The notes under the pieces were generated by a model. That model ran no database searches, had not been told where the DNA came from, and saw only the letters and a program-made list of their open reading frames with translations. A program made the translations under genes and the position numbers. A DNA stretch of 64,000 nt from Rhizodiscina lignyota (taxonomy: Eukaryota). Positions 38,246-48,944 of this stretch are shown here, one piece after another (the first letter of the stretch is position 1; every line of letters begins with the position of its first letter). Location: positions 1-64,000 of the forward strand of contig ML978123.1 of the NCBI GenBank assembly GCA_010015805.1, written 5' to 3'.

Positions 38246-39107
38246 GGCAACGGTGCTACTTATAATGCCAGACGCACTGTCAGTCGTACCGCCCTGACTG
38301 AAGAATTGATGTACTGCTATTAATGATATTTTGCGCCAATTTCGCTGAGATAAAGAGCAACTTTGTTCGGCCCGAGTCGTAGTCTCTCAGCGAGTTGAGT
38401 TGAAGTGGAAGAAATGTCAAAGTTGTTAAGATTGAGTGATATTGAGTTGCGGCAGCTATTCCTCAGTCATTCGCGCTACGGAGTACGGAGAAGAGGTTGC
38501 CTCCGTCCGTGCCCTGTCATCTTATAACTTCAACTCCTAAGCGACATTACTGCTATTGCGCCGAAACTCCTCTGTGAGGCTTTAGCACTTACTGCACTTG
38601 TGAGGAACTTGTCTTGCGAAGGCTCGACACGAAGTGCCATACTACAGCGTTTTGGCGGAAGCTCCAGGCGAGCACAGTACCGACGTCACTACCAAAGTCA
38701 AGACCACCACCTGAAAGATTGCGCTCGAGGAGATTCTCTCGAGACACTAAGCCGGACCTTGAACAACAGACAAAGAAGCCGCCGAGGATCTTTCACTCTT
38801 TCCAAGCCACTCTGTGGTGTTAAGCACGCAGCTTCGGCCGTTCGGCCTGCGGCCAACGCCGCAGCTACCACCACCATCGAACCTCTACATACCGCAATAA
38901 CGCTCTTGGACGTCCCAGATGTCTGCGAGACACTGTCCTGAGGCAGTACAGTTCTTTGCATCACCTGGACTTCCCTTCAAATTCAACACCCTTGACAGTT
39001 CGACCGACTCTGTAACACAAGGTAACACTTATTAGTGGCCTCACTGTTCCATATTAATTCTCTTCAGCGCTCTCTCAGTTACAACCTCTCGCCTACTAAG
39101 AGCAACC

Positions 39108-40088
39108 ATGGATGTCGATGGCACCACGATAACAGAGGCTGGAGTTGAATCCACTGGAGTCCTTGCTACCAATGAATACTCCTTTCGCGTCCCCAGTCCT
39201 ACTCGCATAGTCATTCCTCCACCATCGTTCACCGACAAAGGCACCCCGTCAATCTCTTTCGCTCGAATTGCTCCGCAGCCTGGTTTCGACCTTGAGTTTT
39301 TGAATAAAGTAGATTACTCGCACCTCTTCGAGACCAACGTCGGTAACAATGGCTGGTCCTACGATAAACGCCGCTTCGCCACTGAGATCTTACCTTTTAT
39401 CTACTTGGGCCCTATGACCGCCGCTCGCGATAAGGATGCGCTAAAGCGCGATGGCATCACCATGATCCTGGCAGTCCAGCACCGCTCAAAGTTCCCTTCG
39501 CGCATGTCTGCTGGACCCTGGAGGGTGGCGACTGAGCTGGGCCTAGAAGCGCAACTCATCGAGGTCTCTGACAACACTGAGCTCATTGCTGAGTTCCCGC
39601 GCGCCATTCGTATGATCAACGAACACCTGATTCGAGTCCAGCAGCAGTGGGTACTGGGAAACAGCAATGGACCGCAAATGGGAAAGGTTCTCGTATTCTG
39701 CGAGAGCGGGAACGAGCGGAGTGCGGCGGTTGTTGCGGCATATCTGATGCACATGTTCGAGGGCATTGACCACATCAAGGCGTGCCAAGTGTGCAATATG
39801 CGTCGCTTTTCAACGAATTTTGACGACTGGATGAAGCAGTTCTTGCTCTCTTACTGGCAGATCATCCAGGCGCAGAGAGATGTGGGCCTAGGGATCGCCG
39901 GAACATGGAGAGGTTCTCATGGCGCGCATAGTAACCGTAACAGCATTGGCACTCTCCGAGGTCGGGCAGGGAAGAGGACGTTTGACGACGTCGGGGAAGA
40001 CGAGGACGATATGGAGATGGATGATGATGCCGAGAGATTTTCGGGAAGGAACTACGCACCATTTCATGATGCTTCCGAGGAGACTTGA
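39108..40088 (+). CDS. Dual-specificity phosphatase-family protein
   Basis: EILPFIYLGP, GITMILAV and P-loop VLVFCESGNERSAAVVAAYLM (CX5R). Probable 5' UTR intron 39022-39067. Confidence 0.9.
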   Translation: MDVDGTTITEAGVESTGVLATNEYSFRVPSPTRIVIPPPSFTDKGTPSISFARIAPQPGFDLEFLNKVDYSHLFETNVGNNGWSYDKRRFATEILPFIYLGPMTAARDKDALKRDGITMILAVQHRSKFPSRMSAGPWRVATELGLEAQLIEVSDNTELIAEFPRAIRMINEHLIRVQQQWVLGNSNGPQMGKVLVFCESGNERSAAVVAAYLMHMFEGIDHIKACQVCNMRRFSTNFDDWMKQFLLSYWQIIQAQRDVGLGIAGTWRGSHGAHSNRNSIGTLRGRAGKRTFDDVGEDEDDMEMDDDAERFSGRNYAPFHDASEET

Positions 40089-41078
40089 GCGCCGATGGCC
40101 TTGAGCCGGCTACATAGTCTTTTTGCTGGAGTTCAATGGGCGATCGATTTTAAGGCGCATAGAGATGCATAGCAAAGGCAAATGACGGAGCACGTACCGA
40201 GCGAATGGAGATCAAGGCACAGGCCTATGGGGATGATGTTGCTTGAACAGCGAATACGGGGAGGTATGGACTGAAAATGGTTCTCATTATTGCATTGCAT
40301 TGCATGGCTTATATGGACTGTAGGTGGCGACAATCACTTTCTTGCTGTGTGAATACACTGACGCGTTGCAGCGCTAGCGCTTTTCGCAGTTCTCGATCCA
40401 TGGCTCCGGCAAGGCCGAGGGGATGTCATATGTGGATACTCTCAATGGCTCTTTCCTTTCATTGCTTCTTTCAATTAAAGCGAAGTAAAGACTTGCGTGC
40501 TTGTATGGTTGTGACTCAACTCGAGCCTTCCTCCATACTTAAGAATTCAACATGTAGAAAACAACTCACGACTCATCATCCTCCTCTTCACCACCCCTTC
40601 AATATAGTTTCGATAATCGACATTTAATTTATCAGCTGGACAAGCTAACACGACAACGATCGCATCCAGTTACCTGAATAGCAGATCCAGCAACATCACC
40701 TTGATCCACACAGAGCACGCAGAAGACGACATTACACAAGGCACCACACCCAGAAATCGTTCACAATGGCGTATGGACTGCGTCAACGTGATTCCATACC
40801 TCTCCCATCGAGATACAAGGACGACGTTCTTGGTTCTGACGAGCTGAGTGGTTGTGGTACTGATTCTTCCACCAGCTCCTCCGAAGCCGGCTCTACCCCT
40901 ATTACTCCAATTCCTGCCCCTCTTTAGCACAACAACAAACAAGCTCCACGACACAACCTCAAAGCACACTCGCAAGCTGACAAACAAAAAACAACCAGCC
41001 CGTTGCGAACTCGTTGTGCCGGCATTGGACTCCTTCACGGACATTCATTTTCAACCTATCAAAGAGTTGAAGAACATC

Positions 41079-43007
41079 ATGAGCGAAAACCCGTATCAGC
41101 GCGCGTTCTCAACAACGCGTGAGAATCGCGCATCGGCATCACGTCCAGAAAACGACCGACCGTTCTCCCCGCCTCCATCAACAACAGCTTCCTTCATTCC
41201 GTCTTCAACTGACAACCTTGACGGTTGGATGCCCTTCAATACCATGTGGCCGCCGCCTGCCGCGTTCCCAAGCCTCGATATCACGCAGATAGCATTGAGA
41301 GACGTGTCTCAAAATGAACAAAACAACATGCGCGCATCTGCGGAAGTCTCTGTCGCGGAAGGCAGCAACGTGAACAGGCAGAGGACTAATGAGCCTACCG
41401 CCATCGCGCCATCAGCCACGAGAAATGTTCCTACATGGGCTGAGAAGACCAATTCCGCGGAGAAGTCCCTCTACCAGCTCGTCGTTCAGTCGTTGTCTTC
41501 CCCAGACTCTACCGTGTCGAAGACATCAACGGGCACCACGCCTGACGATGTGAAAACCATCCCTGAGGAAACGCTACGCGCCGTGGCAGGCTTCAATTTC
41601 AAGAGCGCTACGAAAAGAATGACGAAGAAGCCTGTCGAAGAGTTTCAGCCTACTCTTCTGAAGCTGGAGCTACAGACGTGGGTGAACAAGTACGACCCGA
41701 AGACCAAGACCGAGGAATGGGTGACGCTGGATGGTCATGTGAGTGAATATGAGACTTGGAAAGATAGTGAGCAGCCCGATACTCTCATGATGGATGACCA
41801 GATTCAACAACTGGCCGATGAGATGGCCGACAGCGATGAGGAGATCGAGAAGGACGACGACAAGGTACTGTATCCACCGCGCAGCTTTGAACGCGATGCC
41901 TTGCTAACGCTACAAAAGACTCCCGTGAATCCCTTCTTCAAGCTTCACGTCACTCTCCAAGTCTGTATCATCGAAACCGTTCTGGAGGAGGCCCAGAAGG
42001 AAGTCCTCCCCTTCTTCCCAGCTCAGTCTTCCGATGCTGCTTCTCGCTGGTACCCGTTCGAGGAGAACGCTCCGTTCATCGACGATGACCAAGCTCGTCG
42101 TCAGCTGATCCAAGCTGCCGTGGCGAAAGAGAAGGAAGAGATTAGCCACGCTGCTCATATTGCCGCTGTTGCCGGTGCATCCACTCAAGTTGATGGATTC
42201 ATTCGCACTGGTCCATCCACCCAAGCTGGCCCATCTACTCAAGCTGCTCGATCATCTACTCGAACTCGCCTGTCCACTCGAGCCCGCCCATTCACTCAAG
42301 CAGCCCCGTCCACTCAAGCAGCCCCATCTGCCGAGCTCAGGCGCCCTAGTGGCCGTCCTCGATCTCGCCCCACTACGCCTGCTTCCAACGCAGCCAACAC
42401 TGAAGTCGGACTTGCAACCCCGTCCCCAAGCAGCATTGCCCCTCAGTTCCATCCGCACGACCCGACTGTCGAAGAGCAGAAGTACTACCCCGCCGACCGC
42501 TTCTTCGGCCTCACGAATAATGTCATCGCCGCGATCTACAGGAAGCAGAAGGCCGAGTACTGGGGTGAGCCCGACAAGGTGCCAACTCCGGCCGACATCG
42601 TCGCCGCAAGGGCGTACCTCAAGAAGAACAAGTGGCCAGAGCGCTGGCTGGTGGGCTTCTACGATGGCGTGGACATGGAGATGGAGGCCGAGGCCGAGGC
42701 CATGCTGCAGGACAAGCTGGCAGAGGAGAGGCGTGCTGAGGAGGAGCTTGAGCGCAAGCTGGCTGAGGCAGAGGCCGCGAGTGACCACGAGCGTGCACTC
42801 GGCCGGGCGAGGGCAGGCAAGAGGGCAGTCTACGGCTACGATGAGGAGCTTGAGCTCATCCGTACCGGCCCCGGTGGCACCGTCGATAAGGGGATGAAGA
42901 GCCACTCGACGGCCAAGAAGGCCGCCGAGAACAAGCAGGAGGATGTTGCCGCGGATAAGGCCAAGAAGAAGGTCCGGTTCTCGGACATGGTGGACTGGGA
43001 TATGTAG
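41079..43007 (+). CDS. Hypothetical protein with hexapeptide repeats and C-terminal coiled coil
   Basis: Long ORF with first in-frame ATG at 41079 (MSENPYQ). GC3-biased 3' half; AGPSTQ-type repeats; E/A/K-rich helix. No family recognised. Confidence 0.75.
   Translation: MSENPYQRAFSTTRENRASASRPENDRPFSPPPSTTASFIPSSTDNLDGWMPFNTMWPPPAAFPSLDITQIALRDVSQNEQNNMRASAEVSVAEGSNVNRQRTNEPTAIAPSATRNVPTWAEKTNSAEKSLYQLVVQSLSSPDSTVSKTSTGTTPDDVKTIPEETLRAVAGFNFKSATKRMTKKPVEEFQPTLLKLELQTWVNKYDPKTKTEEWVTLDGHVSEYETWKDSEQPDTLMMDDQIQQLADEMADSDEEIEKDDDKVLYPPRSFERDALLTLQKTPVNPFFKLHVTLQVCIIETVLEEAQKEVLPFFPAQSSDAASRWYPFEENAPFIDDDQARRQLIQAAVAKEKEEISHAAHIAAVAGASTQVDGFIRTGPSTQAGPSTQAARSSTRTRLSTRARPFTQAAPSTQAAPSAELRRPSGRPRSRPTTPASNAANTEVGLATPSPSSIAPQFHPHDPTVEEQKYYPADRFFGLTNNVIAAIYRKQKAEYWGEPDKVPTPADIVAARAYLKKNKWPERWLVGFYDGVDMEMEAEAEAMLQDKLAEERRAEEELERKLAEAEAASDHERALGRARAGKRAVYGYDEELELIRTGPGGTVDKGMKSHSTAKKAAENKQEDVAADKAKKKVRFSDMVDWDM
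42206..42335 (+). repeat. About 18-bp coding minisatellite (TGPSTQ AGPSTQ AARSSTR TRLSTR ARPFTQ AAPSTQ AAPSAE)
   Basis: Recurrent (t/c)actc(a/g)a-type units visible in the DNA and in the translation. Confidence 0.75.
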
Positions 43008-44300
43008 GCGGTTGGTTGGTTCGTCCGGTGAGCGACTAGGCATTCTGTTTCTTGCGTTAAACATACCATGGAAGTATAGTTATCATAACACGGAGTTTCA
43101 TAGACTATGTGCAACTTGATATCCGTGCAAACCGTGAGAACACTGAAATGCGTATATAAATGCACTTTCAGCGACGCTCTCGCCTTTTTAGAAGAGCGCA
43201 ACATAGGCACAGGCGTATCAACGTTACGTATGGTTCCTTTCCTCCCTAATATATGCAATTAACATGTATTCGAAGATAAACCGATGTCTATAAAGGCGTG
43301 AACACATTAAAAAGTATGTATAATTGTCCTTCCACCGGCGCTCTCACCCTTTGAGAATAGAACAATCAAGTATACTTATTAACTTCACCTTTGCAGCCTT
43401 CCCAAGAGTTAATTTTAATGAATACGTGTGCAAAGTTTAGATGTATAAATGTGTTGAACATGCTGAAAAGTATATATGAAAGCGCGTTCAGCAACGCTCC
43501 CATTTTCCGAGAATAGCACAATCCAAGAGTACACTTGTTAACTTTCTGCATAGGTCTCTTTCATCCGAAGAATGCAATTCCGCATACATAAAAGGCTTGG
43601 GTGATGGTTTCGCTTCCTTTAAATGGCTTAGACTAGCATAGACGCATGGTTTTCCGCAATGCTCTCGCCATCTGTGAAAGAAGAAGACCAAGCACATATG
43701 CGCGGATTCCTCAGTAACATTTCTTGAAAAATGGCCATTTAGCATATCTAATACACGCGTACGACAATTATCTACCTATGCGTAAAGAAAACAATCGAGC
43801 ATTCATTACATAGGCTTCAGTAGCAGTCTAGATTCTCTATGAGAACGAAATACAGCATAGGGCACGTAATTTTTAGATAGTCTACCCAAAGGCGAAGAAT
43901 CCAGTTAACGTATGAACTGAAAGCATACGCCAGTGGCGTACTCTCACGTGTAGAGCGTAATCTAGCATCTATTAGTTGCCTTCAACAGCAGTCCCAGTTC
44001 CTTAGAAGAACGCAATCTCGAATAGGCATATAAATTTCCAACGATTGTTTGCTCACTGACGAAGAATAAACTTAGCATATCAACTAAAGGCCTACAATAA
44101 TATTCTATCTCCGCGTCGAAGAACGCAATCCAGAATATGCTCAGGCTTCCAACAGCGGTCTGCATCTTTCGGAAGAACACAGTGGCACGCAGATTCAAAG
44201 CTTCCAATTAGGGTCGGGTCTTTTGAAAGAGACAACTGAATATACATATTCATAACATCCTGTGACGGTATCCATTCAAGTGAGAAAGGGAATCTGACAC

Positions 44301-44483
44301 TGCTACACAGCTTTTAAGACACTGAACAGCAGTGGCGTGTAGCATCTAAAATCAACAAAGCACGCAAGTTTTTAAATGGGTTGCTATTCTTTAATACACT
44401 CCAAATCACGTACAAGTAAGCTTTCGGAGGCAGTCTCACTTACCTTGAAGTGTAAGAGCCGCTCAAATTTAAGCATTGCAGCT
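44301..44483 (+). repeat. Third, more diverged copy of the 37.9-38.2 kb repeat
   Basis: ccttgaagtgtaagagc at 44443-44459 is identical to 38205-38221. Flanking ctttcggaggcagtctcactta resembles ctttcagcggcaatctcgcttt. Confidence 0.65.
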
Positions 44484-44751
44484 ACTGCGACGGCCAACTA
44501 TTTCATCAGCCTCGTCAACCTCTGCGGAAGAGTACTGTGTATCGTACGTTAATGGCTTTTAGCGACGTGTGATAGAGAATGTCATCCGGGGAACCGGCAT
44601 ATTAAATGAAAGAAGATGAGTAGTGGTAGGACGAGAAAGTACTGGGTCTTATGTCAGTGGGAGATTACGCTGAAAGTCTTTGAATCAAAACTTTACTTTA
44701 ATGGAGTATCAACGTGCATGTCAACTCTGAAACGGGATACCCATTCCTCGT

Positions 44752-45344
44752 TTAATTGGCACCATTGACACCAGCCCTATCCAAGATGCCATTGAAAACT
44801 GCTCTGCTCCTCAAATCCTCCAGTAAGCCCTGGAAGTCGGTATCTCCACTGTCTGCCTTCTTTTTGAAAGCAAGCACATTCTTCTCGAGCCATTCTTCGT
44901 CCTGGCCGGCCTTGGGCACAGAGAAACCGCCTTCCGAGCCAGCAACGATACTACCAAGGACGAAGACACCGCGCAGCTCTTGCTTGCCTTCGCTGCCAAC
45001 AACCTCGGCCCATAAGGATTCAATATCGGCACAGAGAGCATCGTACATCTCTTGCGTGCGGCTGGGACCGTGACGAACGTTGGCGAAGATGCGATTGTTT
45101 GGCCTCTGGTCAGAAAATTAGCCTTGCAGTTACTGCACTTGGCAAAAAGTTATTGGGCGGTGGAAGTTCATACCCGCTTGCCAGCAACGTATGTATTCAT
45201 AGTCGAGATGTCCTTGAAGTTCACATTGACGAAAAGACGCGCAGTCACGAACTTCTCGGAATGGATTTTGGTGATGGCTTCAGCAATCTTGTCTTGCTGA
45301 GCGTCTGTGAGAGGGACGATATGTTCAATGTCGTACATAGGCAT
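44752..45344 (-). CDS. Tautomerase-superfamily protein (cis-CaaD-like, Pro-1); exons 45344-45174, 45105-44752
   Basis: Exon 1 (absent from the ORF track) reads MPMYDIEHIVPLTDAQQDKIAEAITKIHSEKFVTARLFVNVNF...YVAGKR. Phase-0 intron GTATGA...CTAAT...CAG leads to RPNNRIFANVRHGPSRT...GSEGGFSVPKAGQDEEW. Confidence 0.85.
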
Positions 45345-46577
45345 TTTGGGCGATTGTGTCTCGGATGCGATGAGTCTGTGTCGTCTTGCTGAACGTCTTG
45401 CTTTCTTGGTGGATTAGCTGTATATTGCGCCCTTCATTCTGAATATATAGAGCATCGGGTGCGGGTCGGTTAACATGATGCCGTGGATGCCTTTGAAGTT
45501 GATAATGCAACAAAGAGTTCACTAATCATTCGGCGAGGCAGTTGAGTATAGACACTGCATCACAAGACTGCCAATTCTGCTTGTCTCTGATGATTTCTCT
45601 TCGCACATACAGAATTTTCATGATGAAATGTATTCCGAGACATTTGCGGAGGATCGTGGGCATGGAACGTTAGACATGATTGGCCAGATATCGCCGTTGT
45701 CCACCATCGCTCCGAAGTCCGACTTCATCCCATGTCGACCGACGATGACGCTCTTTTAAAATGCTACGTACGAAGCATTCCTGTGAGATTTTAGAGCCTT
45801 GAGCTATCAAATGACCGAGGCGCAATCTGGTGACAATATCTGAAGTCTCATCTGTGATCACGGCTCTCTCAATGCGCATGAAGCACATCGGATGCTCTTG
45901 AAAAGATCTCGCCTCGGTATCTGTACCCGAAGGTTAACTTATGGCGACGGAGAACTTTACACGAATGAGAATTTAGGCACAGAAACCGAGGGAAGACCCG
46001 GGCTCTTACGATTATGCATGAAGCCGTTACTCGACGCGCCTTCCAGCGACGGGCGCAAGGCGGACGCGGTCCAATAATCTTTCTCAAGATGGAAACCTCA
46101 GAGTGCGCGATCAGCAATTTAACCTTAGAGACTTTACTCACCTTTGTAATCTTGACGTTTTTCATTTACGAAAGATACCAAACGCATGATCATCTGTTGT
46201 GATCGTGTGTAGTGGAAGCGCTTCTGGCTGCATTGGGCGGACGCAGATAGAATTCGAACGCAACGCAAAAGAAAGAGAGGAAAACAGAATTTCACTGTCC
46301 TATTCGAGTCATGACCTACCAGGGGTTACCAGCAGAAAGATAAGGCGGCCCGACATGGCGACGCGCCAGGTGTAGTAGTGGTGGGACGTATGGGACTGGG
46401 CGTTAACTTGTCGCAGGTGGCATAATCGACGCGCATAATAATAATAAATTCAGTCAGTCTGGCTTTGTGTGAGGTAGGCACATACGTCATTCCCGTGTGT
46501 TATGCGAGGGAGCTATAGGTAATTTGCCATATTTGACTTTATATACAAATTCTAATTAGCAGCTAACGGATCGAAAA

Positions 46578-46714
46578 GGCAGTATGGCTCAAGGGGTTAG
46601 CCCCGACTTCACCTGAGCTGTACTTGCTCCTCCTGCACACCTCCAACCAACCGGCTGGGGCTGTCAGGTCTGGGGAATAGGTTCGACTCCCGCGGGGATA
46701 GGACCTATTCTTTT
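46578..46714 (+). ncRNA. Candidate Pol III-transcribed structured RNA / tRNA-derived element (not a canonical tRNA)
   Basis: A-box TGGCTCAAGGG starts at +8 (46585); B-box GGTTCGACTCC 46680-46690; T-tracts 46711-46714 and 46718-46722; TATATA at 46540. 5' and 3' hairpins, but no acceptor or T stem. Confidence 0.6.
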
Positions 46715-47369
46715 GTCTTTTTATTTTATATATTTTTTCTCTCTTTTTTTCTCCTATTTACAAATTATTTAAATTTTTTTTTCAGATGCCCGCTGGCGTT
46801 CTAGGACCTGCCACTATGGCATAGCGGAAGCAAGAACGAGAGCTCTAAAAGATGCACTTTGGTCCCTTCACTACACTACTAACCCTTTATGATTGATCGG
46901 GCCAATCAAATACTAAATATCAAAATATCAGGCAATGCTGGTTCAACTGCACCTGCCTCGTCGTCCTGAAAAGAGTTAGCACTGAGGTGGTGTAGACTTT
47001 GCGCCTATTTTCTTTGCTGCAAGAGGTTTGATTCCGGTAAGCATTATTCTTTTTCTCTTTGCATAAATAAATGAGACTATGGGTTCACAAAGATACCCAA
47101 ATGCCCGCAAACGTTTGCGAGTAGGTTTGAAATTGATTATATAGGTAAGACAGGGGTACATTCGCTGGCTTCTGACCACTTTTGCATTCTAAAGTCGACC
47201 TCTCTCGCAATTTTCAACAACAGCTAACGAAACTCTATCACCCGCATCCCCTGTCCATGGTTTCGCGCTAGCTTCTGACTATTTCTGCCTTTCGAGCTTC
47301 TAATCTCTATAGCTTCTAACCAACAACAACAACACTTGCCTCTACTCTCCAAGAGCGACGACCAGCATC

Positions 47370-48632
47370 ATGGCGAACACAAACGAGAACGCGTACTTCA
47401 TCTCTGCCCCTGGCATGCACCACTCCCTCAGGAAGCTTCTTCAAAATGAGGAGGCTGTCAAGGAAGTCTTTACTCTCGTAACCGACTTCAGCATGCTCCA
47501 CATGCCCGAGTCTCCTGAGGACGAACTAAAGGAACTGATCGGCCGTCGCATCGCGGAGTTGCACCTACGGGAACACAATAGGGTGTCTTGGACAGTTATG
47601 ATGGATCGAGGAGTCTTCGAAGCCGCGGTCGGCCTACTGCTTGCTTGGTGAGTGGTGTTGCGCGTGCCAACATCGTTAAGATCTTATGCAATCAGGTGTA
47701 TTCTTTGTAAGGGCAGATATCGCTCATTGCATTCGTTTAGGTGCACCGAAGTCAAATTTCTCGCAATTCGCAACATCCCGCGGAACATCCCTCTCGCTAT
47801 GGTGAACATGGTGGCCACTGCGGCTGTCCATGCCCGCAGTGAATCGACCATCACACTCGAGAAGCTCGAAGGCATCAATATCCACGTCTCCGACGAGCCG
47901 CTGCCGCACGAATACGAAGGACATCTGACCACCCTCTACCGCGCCGCCTGTCTCCCTGCTATGCGCCAGATCACCTTCGCGAATACGCGCCTCGTGCTGC
48001 TGCCGGGTCAAAACATCCTCAAGAAGCATCCGTCATCGAATCTCAGGTCCATCCGGATAGACGACTGCATCATGTCCCCGGTCGCGATGAAGTGGATCTT
48101 AACCTTCTTCAAGGATCTGCAGTGCGTCGACATCGCCGCCAGGATGGTGCCATCCTCGAACGTGGAAGTGGAGAAGTACACGAAGTACGACAATGAGACG
48201 CTCGACAGCGTTCTCCGCCACCACAGCCTGTCCCTCACGTGCCTCCGACTGAACCTCAAGTCGGAAGCGCGGTACTCGCTTACTGGCTACATCAGCGGCA
48301 TAGGCTCTCTCCATCATATGGAGAAGCTGAGAGATCTGGACGTTACGTGGGACCTGCTGGAGGGTGTGGCGAGCGAATCCCTGCTGAACATGCTGCCAAA
48401 GAACTTGGAGGAGCTGCGGGTCGCGGGACAGGGTGGCGGGGAGGCGATGATGAGGGAGGTGGAGAGCATGTCGATGTCGGAAGCGGTCACCAAGGGAACG
48501 CTGCCGAAGCTCCGGAAGGTGACCGTGAACAAGGACTTGCTGCTGGGCTACCTTCAGCATAGTGTCGAGGTTGTGAAGCAGCGTTTTGGTGACATGGGCG
48601 TTGAGCTTCGTGTCTTGGACTCAATCATTTGA
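47370..48632 (+). CDS. Leucine-rich-repeat-like protein of the fungal F-box/LRR type; exons 47370-47647, 47741-48632
   Basis: Intron GTGAGT...TTTAG joins LLLAW to CTEVKFLAI. LxxLxL repeats: NLRSIRI, SLTCLRL, KLRDLDV, LPKNLEELRV, LPKLRKVTV. Confidence 0.75.
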
Positions 48633-48944
48633 GGTATGTTGGGGTCAATAATCTGGCGGTAGTGAACTGAACACGGTTAACATTGGACAGAGCAAACGTA
48701 CACGTTCACTTGCGTGTGAGGTCCGGATTGGCTGAAATCTGGATAGGAGAAGGGTGCCCATCAACAGAGCCTCGTGTGAGCAGCTAGGTTTGCTGTGGAG
48801 AAGTACAGACGTTGCGGTTATTGACTGGATGAGAATATCACGATTGGATTTGGATCACTTGAATTCTTCTTTCAAGGGCTTATGGCTTAGCAGGACTCTA
48901 TTGGCGGGAGCGATGCCGCGTTCCATGCATACAGACCATTGTTG

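Noticed and set aside
45540..46250. Short protein-like ORFs between the tautomerase and the ncRNA candidate
   Set aside because: No consistent frame, splice model or motif.
46578..46714. Canonical tRNA or HDV-like ribozyme interpretation
   Set aside because: No acceptor or T stem for a tRNA. TGC-TCCTCCT-GCA resembles HDV P3/L3, but the conserved L3 G, an adjacent P1 strand, and J4/2 with P2 are missing.
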